This document shows, piece after piece, positions 26,114 through 38,600 of a DNA stretch of 64,000 nt. The translations under genes were made by a program, and so were the position numbers. Every line of letters starts with the position of its first letter. Positions within the stretch are counted from its first letter, which is position 1. Below the pieces are notes generated by a model. It ran no database searches. It saw only the letters and a program-made list of their open reading frames with translations, and was not told where the DNA came from. The stretch lies in contig OZ176056.1 of assembly GCA_964247055.1 (NCBI GenBank), forward strand, positions 1,426,001-1,490,000, read 5' to 3'. The stretch is from Paragordius varius (taxonomy: Eukaryota; Animalia; Nematomorpha).

Positions 26114-28197
26114 AAAAATGTATTAAAAAAAATGTAAATTATGGTATATATCAGGGAAATTGATAACATTTTAAGTTAATTATTATTTTAAATTTGTTAT
26201 AATTGAATTAATTTGTTTCTAATCTAAAAATTAAATTAAATAAAATTAAATATATATAATATATTTTACCGACAAAATAAGTCAGTGGATTACAAATTGC
26301 TTTTAACTTACTTTTAATAATTAATCTGTGTCGCATTAAAAAATCTTTTTTTAATATGTCTTATAATATTTCAATTATTTATAGGATAATAATAATATGT
26401 TGATTAAAATACAATTATAATTTTTTTAAAAATTTACCGCATACTTTGCGTTTTATAAAGGATTTTTTCGGTGTTTTTTTCCCCCAAACAGGAAACCTAG
26501 ATATATTTTTATTTATAAGAAATTAAAATTTTTTACTTTTTTGTTTTTTATAGCACACTGTAAATTTTACCAAAATTAAAAAATTAATTAAAAAACAATT
26601 AAAAAGTAGTGAAAATAAAATTACTAAGTTTGCATTTTAATGGTTACTTATTTCACACAATAGTAGGGGGCAATTTGCAACATAACAGTAGTGTATGGAA
26701 AAAAACAACAAAATGGTTGAATAAACAATTATTCCTTTCTTTTTTCCATACACTATGGTAAAAAACTCGTAAAATTTATATATTTTTTTGTTTTAAACCA
26801 AATTTGTAATATCAGAATATACATAATACAATGTTTCAAAGAACAAACAAATTGTATAAATCTTTCGTTTTACAGTCAAGTATACAATAATTGGCATCAA
26901 AGGAGGAAATCAGTGTACATCATCCGTTCGACAAAGGGAAAAATCATAAGGTGGTTTATAAACAGCGATGTGGTGCGTTTAAAGTTATACACGACCGTAC
27001 ATATTTTATAAAAAAAGCAAAAATTGCAAATTGCAAATTTAAAAAGTAAATATAAAGGTTTAAATTTTATTGCTTTTTTCTATTTATGTAATTAGAAAAC
27101 TCGTATCATCTAATCTAAACCATTCAAATCTCTTTTTTATAAATTGCACTTTAAAATTAGCAAAACAAAATTTTAAGCACAACATAGAATTAATTCTAAT
27201 GATACATTTCTAGTTGAAAAAAAAATAGTTTATTTCAGTAGTTTCAATAGTTATTGAGAAACCATGTGTGTCACACATTCAAATATTAATTTAGCTTAGC
27301 CTTAAAAGAATCACCCTAGTTTGTTAATAGAAAAAAAACAGGTAAAAAAAATTTTTTCATCATTATTTTATTGTACGTTTGAAACCTGTTGTTTCTTATT
27401 GGCTTTTAAGAAATATTCTATATATATAGATATATAATTATTGCATTTTACTTATGCATATTTTATAATATTTCCAATGATATTATATCTAAATCTGGCG
27501 ATGTTAAATTTTCTAAAAATAGTAAATAAATGTTATAATCATATTATTTATGTAAAACCCTAAAAAGGATGATTCAAATTATTTACCAGTTTTTAAATCA
27601 TCAAAAATTATTTTTGATACTTTTATTTATTCGATTTTTCGATGTTTCAATGTTTAAAAATAATTCATTATTATTTTTCTATATTTTTTGTAATTTCAAA
27701 ATTACAATATCAGTTTTTTTTAAAGAAGTAAATGTTCATGTGGAGAGATACATTTTAATTAGTGTCAAAAATAAAATAATTTTCGCTTTAAAGCGTTAAA
27801 AATTGTGTTGGTTAGTTTAAGTTATGTCCTTTTTACATCGTATTTAAAACACTCATCTATTTCCTATAATTTTATTTTTAAACGAAATTTCATTTTTTTT
27901 AAGAAAATATAAAAAAATATAGAGGTAATTTTTAATCTTAAAAAACACAAAACTCATTTTAGGGTTTGAAATGTAAATGGTAAAACTTTAAAATTTGAAA
28001 CGCTTTCTTTGATTTAAAACACTAACCAAATTTTATAGATGCCAAATACATTATATGGCTTTGTAAAATAATCCCAACTAGTGTTTACGACAATCTAAAA
28101 ATTGTTAAATGCCCCGACTAAAATAGAGATAGGAATAGGATTTATCATTCATATTGTATTTTCAAACGGATGATAGATATAACTCAAAGTGGTTTTA

Positions 28198-28442
28198 CAG
28201 TAAAAATTGAAATTATACGAAATCCTAAAAATAAAGACAAATTAATTTGTTCTATTTAAATAGTTTAAATACAATCGTATCATATATAAAATGCTTGTAT
28301 TATCAATTTACATCTTATATTATATTTTATAATTTATAACAATGAGTTATCCTCATAAAAATTAAGATTTAAATATGTCTTTTAGAAAATATATTTGCCT
28401 TTATATTTTTACGTTTTGTCCGTATAATTTCAATTTTTACTG
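28198..28442. mobile_element. MITE family A copy
   Basis: TA|CAGTAAAAATTGAAATTATACG on the left and CGTATAATTTCAATTTTTACTG|TA on the right. Confidence 0.8.
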
Positions 28443-29764
28443 TAAAATACGGATGACATCAACATAACTGTATATTAATATTAATGAAATGTTAAACAGT
28501 GGTGATATCCGATATTCGGCCCTCCAAATATTTTATGAGTCCGCTAAAGATTTGAATTACCAAATAAATACGAATACAAATGATTGATTTTGCTAAAATT
28601 AAATTGATAATATCAATCCGATTTGTGGGTTAAAATAAAAGTATTTTGTATTGTGTTGTTTGATAATTTTTTTACAGTTTTATTAGAGAACTAATAAAAA
28701 TATTTATACCTATATTTATATCTTTGAATAAATATTTTATAGAGATACTTGGAGGCCTCTTCGAAATTAACGGCCAATTAAATTAGATATACCTATAAAT
28801 TCCCTGAGCCAGAGTGCCACCTACTTTAAAAATAAGTACCTTTTTAAAAATTTCTTTGAAATACTTAAATATTTTAAAGAAAACGTGTGTAAATATTCAA
28901 TCAGGGCATTATAAACTGCTTTTTTGAATTCCTTAAGTATAAACTTCCTTACAAGTGTGCGGACCGGCTTAATGCGACCATGAATTCATGAAAGAGTATT
29001 AATAATTGAGAGCAATCAATAGTAAAATATAAAGGAATTAAAAATCTTGGGGGAGTGTTTAATTATTTTTAAATATTCAAATATATCAAAGAAAATATTT
29101 TTAAATGCCTAAATTTTGTTAGTATTTATATATCTTCCATTTACTATAATAGTTAAAAAGTGTAAAGTATTGTTAATTAATTAATAGGTCAATAATCTAA
29201 CCCTTTTTCAATTTTTTAAATTCAAATCAAAATTCCAACAATTTGTTTTAGAAACTTGAACATATAATCGAAATTTATTTTTTGGAAATTTTAATCCGCC
29301 ATTTGCGCCTCCATATCACACGATTTTTCCAAAATTTAATCAATTATCTTTATGCTATCGATATTCAAGTATTTTTAACTTTTCAAAATAAACATTATCA
29401 AAGATTAAAGATTTAACGGCGGTTAGGGTATATTTAAAAATAGAAAAAAGGCATAGTTTTAAACTATGGATTAAATATTATCATTTATAAGAAATTTTCT
29501 TTACGATATGTGCCCGGTGAAAAGATAAGAACAAACAAAAAAAAAGTTTTTCTTGGGGGGGGAGGGAACTTTACAATTTATATTTCAGCTGGTTTAAAAA
29601 AGTTTTATTAAAAAATGATAGAGGGAATATTCTAGAGCAACGGTTCTTATATTATGGTTTATTATATAGATATAGAGTGAGAATTTATTAGGCATGGTAT
29701 AAAAAAATGCAGATTGAACAATAATACATATTTTAATACTGTTGGTGTCACATATTTATATATA

Positions 29765-30052
29765 CGGTAAAAATTGAAAATTATATAAAGACAAAGCGTA
29801 ACATAAAAACAAAAAAGTTTCTCCCAAAGACAACCATACTTTTTTAACCTTAAATTTTTCTATATAAATTATTTAATTACAATGATAAATTAAATAACCA
29901 ATATACACCATCTCTATCTCATACTTTGCAAAATTCAAAACATTGAGTTTCAAAAAAAGTTAAAAAAAGTACAGCAGTCATTTGATAGCAAAAAGCATTT
30001 GTTTTTATGTTTTATAGCGTTCATTTTCCGTATATGATTTCAATTTTTACTG
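29765..30052. mobile_element. MITE family A copy
   Basis: TA|CGGTAAAAATTGAAAATTATA on the left and GATTTCAATTTTTACTG|TA on the right. Confidence 0.75.
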
Positions 30053-30652
30053 TAAAGTATTATTATGTGTGCATATTTGTTTGCCCCTATTTCAACTCCT
30101 GCAAAGTTTGTCTGGCTTATTCATTCCTGAATTCGTTGGTTTAGTTTTCATCCCTGTGAATGGACTTTAAATATTTCGTTTCGTTTTACTAAAACCGTAC
30201 TTTATAAAACTGTGATGGATTTGATTGATACGATCTTCGTTTCGGGTGTCAGCTAGAAATCGGATAGTGTTGAAATAATGATTTTTTAATGTATAATTAT
30301 CTTTCCATTTTTCGCATGGGTTTGATGTTTAAAAAACCATGAAATTCTTTCAAACACACTCTTGATTTGTTACAATGCCACCATCATTTTATTTGGGTTG
30401 GGGAGGTACAACCTATGAACAAAAACATTTTCTAGAAACTTCTGAGTAGAATATTACCGGTATTAACCATTCGTAATATATATATATATATATATATATC
30501 AACTCACCGGGTTTAAATGCAAAAAGTTATCATTTAGAATTTTTCCGTCAAAATTTGTCTGTCATTCATTTTTTTCTGAATATCAACGCTGTTTTGGGCT
30601 CCTTTGAGGTTTTAATCTTTGAAATATCCAACTTTTTTGCTAAATAAAAATT

Positions 30653-30691
<39 letters not shown>

Positions 30692-31329
30692 CAATTCAAA
30701 ACTATTGAATTCCAAGATTATTGAAATTTATATATAAATTGATCGTTTTAAGATACTCTATAATTTTAATTAAAAGATTTTAATGATTTGTGATTTATGA
30801 ATGTGATTTATATTTTCATATTTTCCAAATTATGGTACATAGTTATAAACATGGCTAAATCCAATATCTATGGAATAGTTATAAAACAAAAATGTTATAA
30901 AACCACAAATATATATATATATATATATATATATCTATATTATTATGACAAAGTTTTAATACTTTATAAAAGTTAGTTAATTTGGACTCGAGAAAAAAGT
31001 ATTGTTGGATGATTTATGCCTTTTTTTATTGTAAAATCCTTATTTTTTTCTATAGATAAAATCATTATGTAATTGTATAATTATTAAAAAACTATGAAAT
31101 GTGTAATTATTTACTAGGAAATTAATTATAAATAACGGTGAGATAATTTTAAAAAAATTATAGAAAAACCCAATTAGCTATTTTGGCGAATTTTTTTATT
31201 AAATATTCGTTAATAAATAGTAGAAAAATTTATTAATTTTGAAACTATACTTTCTCCGAAAAAACGATAATATTTTTTGTAAAAATATCATTTTAAAATA
31301 AATTTTATAAATAAGATATTTATATTTCA

Positions 31330-32144
31330 GATTAAAAATTGAAAAAAATTCCATTGGATATTTCATGTGAAAACTCAAAATAAAACTGAAACAAAAAATA
31401 ATTATCGATAAATAATCACAGGTGAATAATTTTTTTTGCCGCCCTTTGGCATGAGGTAAAAATTTTTTTAGTTTTTGTGATTGAATAATTTCAATATTAA
31501 AATTTTTATGGTTATTATTATTGCAAAGAATTATAATTTTACTCTCTGATTTTCAAATCAATTATTGTGTCTGATTGTTTTGAACTAAAAAAAATTATTG
31601 TTTTTTAATTTTTTTTGCTAAAGATTTGTTTAAATTTGCTGTATATTTTTATAATATGTTTTTTTAAAGGCAGGTTTTGTTGCTTTTAAAAAGGGTAACT
31701 GTATTAAACCTATTCGAATATATTTTTTATGTTAAAATTAGTTGTTTTTGATTCAGGAATAAACGAGTTAATATTTAATTTCGGGGATTGACAAAAATAA
31801 TTTTCAATCATATTTTCCCTATTTTTTATTGCTGCCTGTAGTAAAAGAATAATGAATTAGTTCCTAGAATTTTTTACTGTAACACATGGGGGGATAATCT
31901 GTATAGCTAATAGTGTGATGAACAAAAGAAAGAGCTGTTTTGGGGGTGAAATTCCAAGCGTTTTTAACGCAGTTATAACGGCTGAAAGAATCAATATTAA
32001 AATTGTTAAAATTTTTGTTTTTATTGTGCTTGATTGGTGATAAAAATGTTGGAAAAAACTAAAGATTTTTCTGGTTGCAAAAAAGCGTCAATGATTTGAG
32101 TGTATTGAATCGATTGTAATGATTTAAATTAATTTTTCCATCAT
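31330..32144 (-). pseudogene. Decayed duplicate of SIM exon 1
   Basis: It starts ATGATGGAA at 32144, 8166 nt from the real ATGATGGAA at 23978. Homologous peptide patches appear in shifting frames (IQYTQIIDAFLQPE vs [15 protein letters not shown]; LSP..NFNNFNI..YN..NAW vs MSP..NFNLNNI..YN..NAF; PKGG vs QNGG), with several frameshifts and stops. Confidence 0.7.
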
Positions 32145-32424
32145 TTATAATATGATCAATTTTTTTCAAAATAATATTAAAATTAATTTCTATATAAAAC
32201 CGACCATATTTAAATATTGAAATTTTCAATTTACTTAGTTGTAATTATAAGGTATATATATAATCATTGACATATTTCAATTTTAAAGATATGTATAAAA
32301 ATCAAAAAATATAAATATTAAGACATCAAATATTAGATACTTTGATTTTACAACTTTTTTTTAAATGTTTCTTCAAAAAAATGTTTTTTTTTATATTAAA
32401 AAATATTTTTTTGTCACACTAAAA

Positions 32425-32440
32425 CGCGACATAATGTCTG
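32425..32440 (+). promoter_or_regulatory. Smad composite element CGCGAC-ATAAT-GTCTG (one mismatch)
   Basis: Paralog of the 24304 site; spacer length is kept while spacer sequence differs. Confidence 0.5.
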
Positions 32441-33742
32441 AAATATACATCCTATTATGTATACCCGTAAAATATTTTATTTTATAATAAATAATTAGAA
32501 ATATTTTTTTGTTTTTTTACAATTAAAAGTCAATTTTCAGCATATTGACCTTAAAAATAATTTTGTAAGATGCAGATATTTTTAAATTAATTATTTTATA
32601 AAATATAGTTATAAATTATTTATGGAAAACAGGATGTCAGAAACTTAATAAAAAAAATAAGGGAAATTCCACTTATCATTTATATAAACAAAAGGATTTT
32701 TCAAGTATTTTGAAAATAGAGATCTTTAAAAAGTCTGTTTTTTTCAATACATTAGACATATTTAAAATCATAAAAAAGCATTTTTTTAATACGTTTAATT
32801 TTTTATAATAAAATTATGTCAATCATTTTGATTTATATTTAGGCGTGAAAATAAAATTTTATTTTTTTACCTGTGTAAATATACTTTATTTAACTTTAAA
32901 TTTCATAGTTTTTATAAGATATATATATATAAATATATATTATATTGCAAAAAAATTTTCTACTAGTAATTGAAATGATATATGGATTGTTAAAAACTCT
33001 TATTTTTACCTGTTTTAAAATAACATCATATCTTTTATTTAATTAAAAATTTAAGGTTTTTATTAAATTTATTTATATATCATGCAAAAAAATAAAAAAA
33101 TTTAAGATTATTTTTTTATTATAATTTATTTTTAAAATTACTGTTGTTGTTTAATCAGATAAAAAAGATGAAACCTATTATTTTTATCTGGTTTAAACAA
33201 ATAAAGTGTGTGAAGAATATAATTTTTTTATTTTATTAAATTTTTTATAAAAAATTTTTATAATTTTTTTATAAAATAATTTTTTTATTATATAATTTGC
33301 ATTGAAATTACACAAAAGAAAACATAATGATCTAAATTTTTATAAAAGATCTTATATCTTTCTAAACAAACAAACAAAAAAACAAAGTAACTTAAAAAAA
33401 ATTTTACCTGTAAAATTATAAATTTAGATAAAAAACTTTTTCATAAATATAAAAAAGTAAAAAGTTTTAAATTTTAGCTATTAGAAATATTCCGATTAAA
33501 ATAAATAATTTATTCAACAGGTTTAAAAATAATAAGACTTATATTTACAACTACATTCTACCTGCTTAAAAATAACGTGTAATATAATCTTAAAATTTTA
33601 TATTCTCATATTAAAATGGAAAATAAAAATTAAATTTACAAAGCCGAATTAAATGATTGAAAATAAAAAAAGCTGCCAATTAAATATTTTATAAATCTAA
33701 TTTTTTCCGAGGGCTAAAAACTAGAAAATTTCTTATATTATA

Positions 33743-33972
33743 CAATAAAAAATTGAAACATCAAAAAAAATGTAAAAATATTAAGACAAATTTTTTTTCA
33801 AAGGAAAAACCCTACTTTTTTAAATTTAATTTATCCCTAAAAAAATCATTTAATTACAAAATACATAATTAATTGTGCTACCAATTTACATTTCTATATA
33901 CTTTGTAGTTTAAAACAATGAGTTATATTTAAATACACCGAAAATTATGACCGTAAAATTCCAATTTTACTG
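33743..33972. mobile_element. MITE family A copy (degenerate)
   Basis: TA|CAATAAAAAATTGAAAC on the left and CCAATTTTACTG|TA on the right, with the internal family motif TAAGACAAA. Confidence 0.6.
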
Positions 33973-34398
33973 TAATTTTGCTTAAATTTAAATTGTTTAT
34001 AAAGTTTAAAAAAGTTTAAAAAGTTTATAAAAAAGTAATAAAAAATAAGTTCGTTAACACTTTACAATAATATATTTAAATGTCCTTAAAAATGCCCTAT
34101 TTGCTTAAAATTTATATTCATATATATTTTTTTATTATATATTAACATAATTACTGTATAATTTTATTTTACAATATATAAATTTTTTTATACGTGTGAA
34201 AGCATAAATTATATGTTTTGTGGTACCTTGTTTTTATATTTTTTTTAGTTTAGATATTTTAAAATTTTTATTTATATTTAATTTTTTAGACAAAATACCC
34301 AATTACAAAATATTTATTTTCATTTTTGTTAAAAAAAATCAGAGTATATATTTTTCAAATTAAAAAAATAGAAATTATTTTAAAACAACACTAGATAT

Positions 34399-34414
34399 GG
34401 CGACAATAAGTCTG
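34399..34414 (+). promoter_or_regulatory. Smad composite element GGCGAC-AATAA-GTCTG
   Basis: Perfect GRCGNC-N5-GTCTG match and paralog of the 25874 site. Confidence 0.65.
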
Positions 34415-34589
34415 ACAATATATATATTCATAAAAATATTTTTTTCACAAAAGAAAGTAAAAAAATGTATTTTGCCCTTAAAACAAAATATATATAGAAA
34501 AATATAATTTTTTTATACATTTCGCGTGGCAGGGGGTATATTTATTTAAGTCCAAAAAATATTTAATTTTTGCAGTTTTTTTATATATT

Positions 34590-34604
34590 AGACACTATGG
34601 CGAC
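34590..34604 (+). promoter_or_regulatory. Variant Smad composite AGAC-ACTAT-GGCGAC
   Basis: Paralog of the 26099 site with the 5-nt spacer retained. Confidence 0.5.
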
Positions 34605-35474
34605 TTAATACTGAGAAAATATTTTTTTATAAAAATACAGGTAAAATTAATATGTTAATCTTAATAACGTATTATAAAAATATTTCAAACGTATTTTGTA
34701 ATTTTCTTTCTTAATTAAATTAAAATGCATTTTGCCGACACGAAACAAAGAATGACAAATTGTTTAATATAAAACTTAGTTAATCTTTTTATTGTCGCAT
34801 TATTTTTAAATCAAAAATATTTTTGCCTTAGTAATTATTATATTTTAAATATGGTATATAATTAATTACTTTTAATACTAATTAATTTTTTATGGATTAA
34901 GATTATTACTATGTTAATTTTCGGCGGTTTATAAATTTTTTATAAACAGGATATCTGGATATATATAAATATAAATTTTATTATATTTTTATTAATATTA
35001 TTCTAGATTATTGTAAAATTCATAGGGATAAAAACAATTAAAATTTTTTTTATTAAATTATTAAAAAAACAAATTATTTTATAGATGTGTTGAAAACAAA
35101 AGTCATAAAATTTATATTATTTTATTTTTTTTATAAACAATGTTATAATAAACGCGAAAATATAACAAATTGTTCATATACTTTACAGTTTAGTATCCCT
35201 TATTTTGGCGTTCAGGCAGAAATAGAACCCATTCCGTTTAAAAATACGCAAAAAAGACGTTTATAAAACGCCTTGGCTTTCATTATTTTTATACGGTACA
35301 GTATTTTGAATATTTTAAGATTTTATTACTTTTTATTACTTTTTTTCACTTTATAGTATGTCTAAGGGAGGTATTTTAACTAGACCTACTGGATATATTT
35401 CTGTATAAAAAGTTCATATATTATAATAAAATCTTCCCAAAAAATTAAATACCAACCGAAAATACTGAATATAC

Positions 35475-35511
<37 letters not shown>

Positions 35512-35624
35512 TTCAATTGATTCTGGAAGAAATATTTTTAAAAAATTTGCGTTTCTAATAACCATGTGTATCACATATGAATCTTACAGGATAAAATAAA
35601 AATAAAAGTAAAAGAAATATTGTT

Positions 35625-35656
<32 letters not shown>

Positions 35657-38600
35657 TGACTTGAACGCCTCAAACCTGTCGTTTTTAAATCATCAACTAT
35701 TAAATAATTTTTATTGCATAATAGTGTGAAAAAATTTATATTTAAATATTTAGGTCCGCGGTTTATAACTAATTTTTTTTATTCAAATCAACATTTTTAT
35801 GTAGTGCTCTTTGAAAAAAGCAAACTAATCTGTAGCATATTATTTTGTCAGATTATAAATCGAACTAGCTAACCTACAATAAATTATCGTACTTATTATT
35901 AAATAAATATATATTTTCATATTTTCCTCAATAAAATTTTTAACTGAAAAAACTTTCAATATCTAAAAAAATAATCTACTTTCTGCATTATTAATAAGTA
36001 GTAATGATTCTTAGTATAGAAAGTTTTTGCCTTTGCTAATTTGTTTGAGGGCGTTTTTTGCGGGTTTTTTCAATTAAGCTTCAATATAATTTTCTCAAAC
36101 GATTTGATAATAAAATACCACCTAGATATTTTAAATTATTTTCAGTTTTTAAATCTATAAGTATAAATTGGGCTTGTAATGTTTAAAAAGAAGCCGAAAT
36201 ATGCAATAAAGCAATAAATATTACTTATTTACTACAGAATCCTAACCCCTAAAAATAAATTTATCAAAGCGCACAATCGAATTACAAATTAATTATGTTG
36301 AAATTAATGGTTTATATATGTATATCCTAAGATAGGTCATTTATAAGGTATAGAATTTTAATGTCTAAATTAAAATTTATAACTTATAACTGGGAGATAT
36401 TAAAAAAAATTAAGGAAAAATGCTGAAAAACCCAATATGTTAAAAAGATTCAATACAGTTCACATCAGTGAAATCCAATGATTTCGCCTTAGTTTTAAGA
36501 AGACTACCAAGCAAATATAATTTTTACATTGATATTAACGGATAGAAAAAAGTTATATTAGTAAACTACGATTGACATTTTTAAGGAATTAGCCCAATGA
36601 GAACAGACGTGCATTGTGACAGAAATTTAAATTAATTTTTCTATCAGGTGTATGATTTTATCATTTATATCTAAATTTCCGTATTTTAACTTAGAAAGAA
36701 AATATAATAAGTTATTATTAACTGTAATTAAAGCTTTTTTGCAATGAAAATTTAAAATTCGCCAAGACTAAAAATGAAAATGTAAGCTTTAGTATTAATA
36801 ATATGTAAAAAACCGCATAAATAACAAAATCAATCATTTAATTATTTATTACAACACTTTTTCTAATAAAATACAAGTTTCTGTCAGTTAAGGTTATATA
36901 TAGTTATTTTTTCTTAGTTAGTTCAGGACAGCGAATTTTTTTCAAAGACCCTAAGTTTCATTCTATGAAAACCCAAAATAGCGAGTTTAAAGCGATTTTC
37001 TCAAACGATATAGCCAATTTTTAGATCTCGAATTCAATTCATTAACATTAATATTGATGGCGACTTTTAAACAAAATTTTAGTAGAGAGCCTTATTTAAA
37101 TTAGTTGTTCTCAACTATTTCACCGTTAACTAATAGTAAATTATATCCAGTAAAATTTTTTATGATAAAAATTCATCTTGTAAAAATTTTAAAATTGTAT
37201 AGAATCAAAAACAAAAGACCATAACCGAAATATCTAGAGTCCCACATAAAATACGTATTTATATTTGGCTCAATTGCAACCGAAACAGCTAAATTTAAAA
37301 ATCACACCCGTAAATATTATCAATCAGTTTTAAAAAAACCGCGGTCTCTGGCATAAATCAAACAAAAATTCAAGCATCTTTCTGAACACAAATGGAAAAT
37401 TTTGCATATTTATAATATAGTAAACGACAATTATACTGAAAATTTCATGTGATAGAAATACAGTAAAAAATTAAAATTTTGCATTTATTTATCAATAAAT
37501 ATTCCATAATCACTCAATTTTTGTGAAGGCTTATTTTGCAGTAAGCACCCAGCGTCTTATTGAAAAGGTAAAGTAAAATAAACTGCTTTTATACGGGGGG
37601 AAAAACCTAAAATCTATAAAACCTATAAGAACGTTTCCGAAAATTGCTTCAAAGTTATTTCTGTCGTTTGAATTTATGCATGAGAAATGCTATACTCAGC
37701 GGTTAAGTATAAAAAACACTAGGCAAAGACATAGCTAAAGGGGCGTCGAATTTTTCTGTTTTTTTAAATTTTATTTCAAAAAATAGGTATTTAAAAGTCA
37801 TCTATTTAAATAATATAAAAAAAAACATCATTTATGAGTGGTCATGTCCACGGTTAGAATTCGATTATTTGTTAAAATCCATGAAGAAGGGGGGGGGGGG
37901 GCTTCAGAAAAACCAGCTATGCCACACTGGCATTAAGCCAAAAAAATTTGCTTTTACGGATAGATAAGCATTTTTGAGTTATCTATAGTTTTTTATGCAT
38001 TATTAAATTAAAATTATGTTGTTTTTATATGCTTTGAGGCATTTATAGAGGATGGACCCTTATGCAATGATATTTTAAAATATTTTAAAATATTTTAAAA
38101 TAGTTTTTTCCTGCAAGAAAAAACCACACCGAGTCAGTTTTATTCTTGTAGAATTAGCTTGAGATTTATAATATTTCATAGTGGCATATTATACATCGAA
38201 CGGACCTCTGCCCATACCATAGTTTATGTCAAATGAGCTTAAAACATCGGTGTGAAATTAGCTTCAAAGTCACCTTGTTTTCATATGAAGGTGCATTTTA
38301 CAAAGGGTCGATACCTACCCAGAAATAGCTAAATTAGAGGCCTTATAATTGAAGGAGATAAAACCATTATTGATTCTATACAAGTTTCATAGATTGGGCG
38401 AAATTTGGATTTTGACAAAAATGATTTTGTAGAGGGTTGAGATTTCAACTTCAAGAAGTAAGCCGCCTTCATCTGAAAAAATAAAAGCTATAAAATTTTA
38501 AAGGTTAAACACCTTTTCCACAAACCTGTCTCGAAGATTCAATTTTAGTAGGCTCGGTACTCAAATTGAGGAAAATGGCTAGACTTTAGACAGTGATTAA

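Larger units (their letters stand above)
23200..28200. repeat. Ancient tandem segmental duplication, proximal copy (SIM exon 1 plus upstream region)
   Basis: More than 12 colinear islands are shared with about 31330-36400 at offsets of 8.1-8.5 kb, for example AGTTCGTTAACACTTTACAAT at 25505 and 34048, TGCCCTTAAAACAAAA, and GGTTTAAACAAATAAAG. Confidence 0.8.
31330..36400. repeat. Ancient tandem segmental duplication, distal copy
   Basis: Colinear motif islands match 23200-28200. The boundaries are approximate. Confidence 0.8.

Noticed and set aside
26870-27000. Conserved GC-richer block, with its paralog near 35180-35300, as a coding micro-exon
   Set aside because: The frames I translated on both strands hit stops in one or both copies and showed no clear codon-level conservation, so it is treated as non-coding.
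37889-37901. G-run (also one near 50071) as a functional G-quadruplex
   Set aside because: These are isolated homopolymers, the first inside a probable small transposon remnant, with no supporting context.
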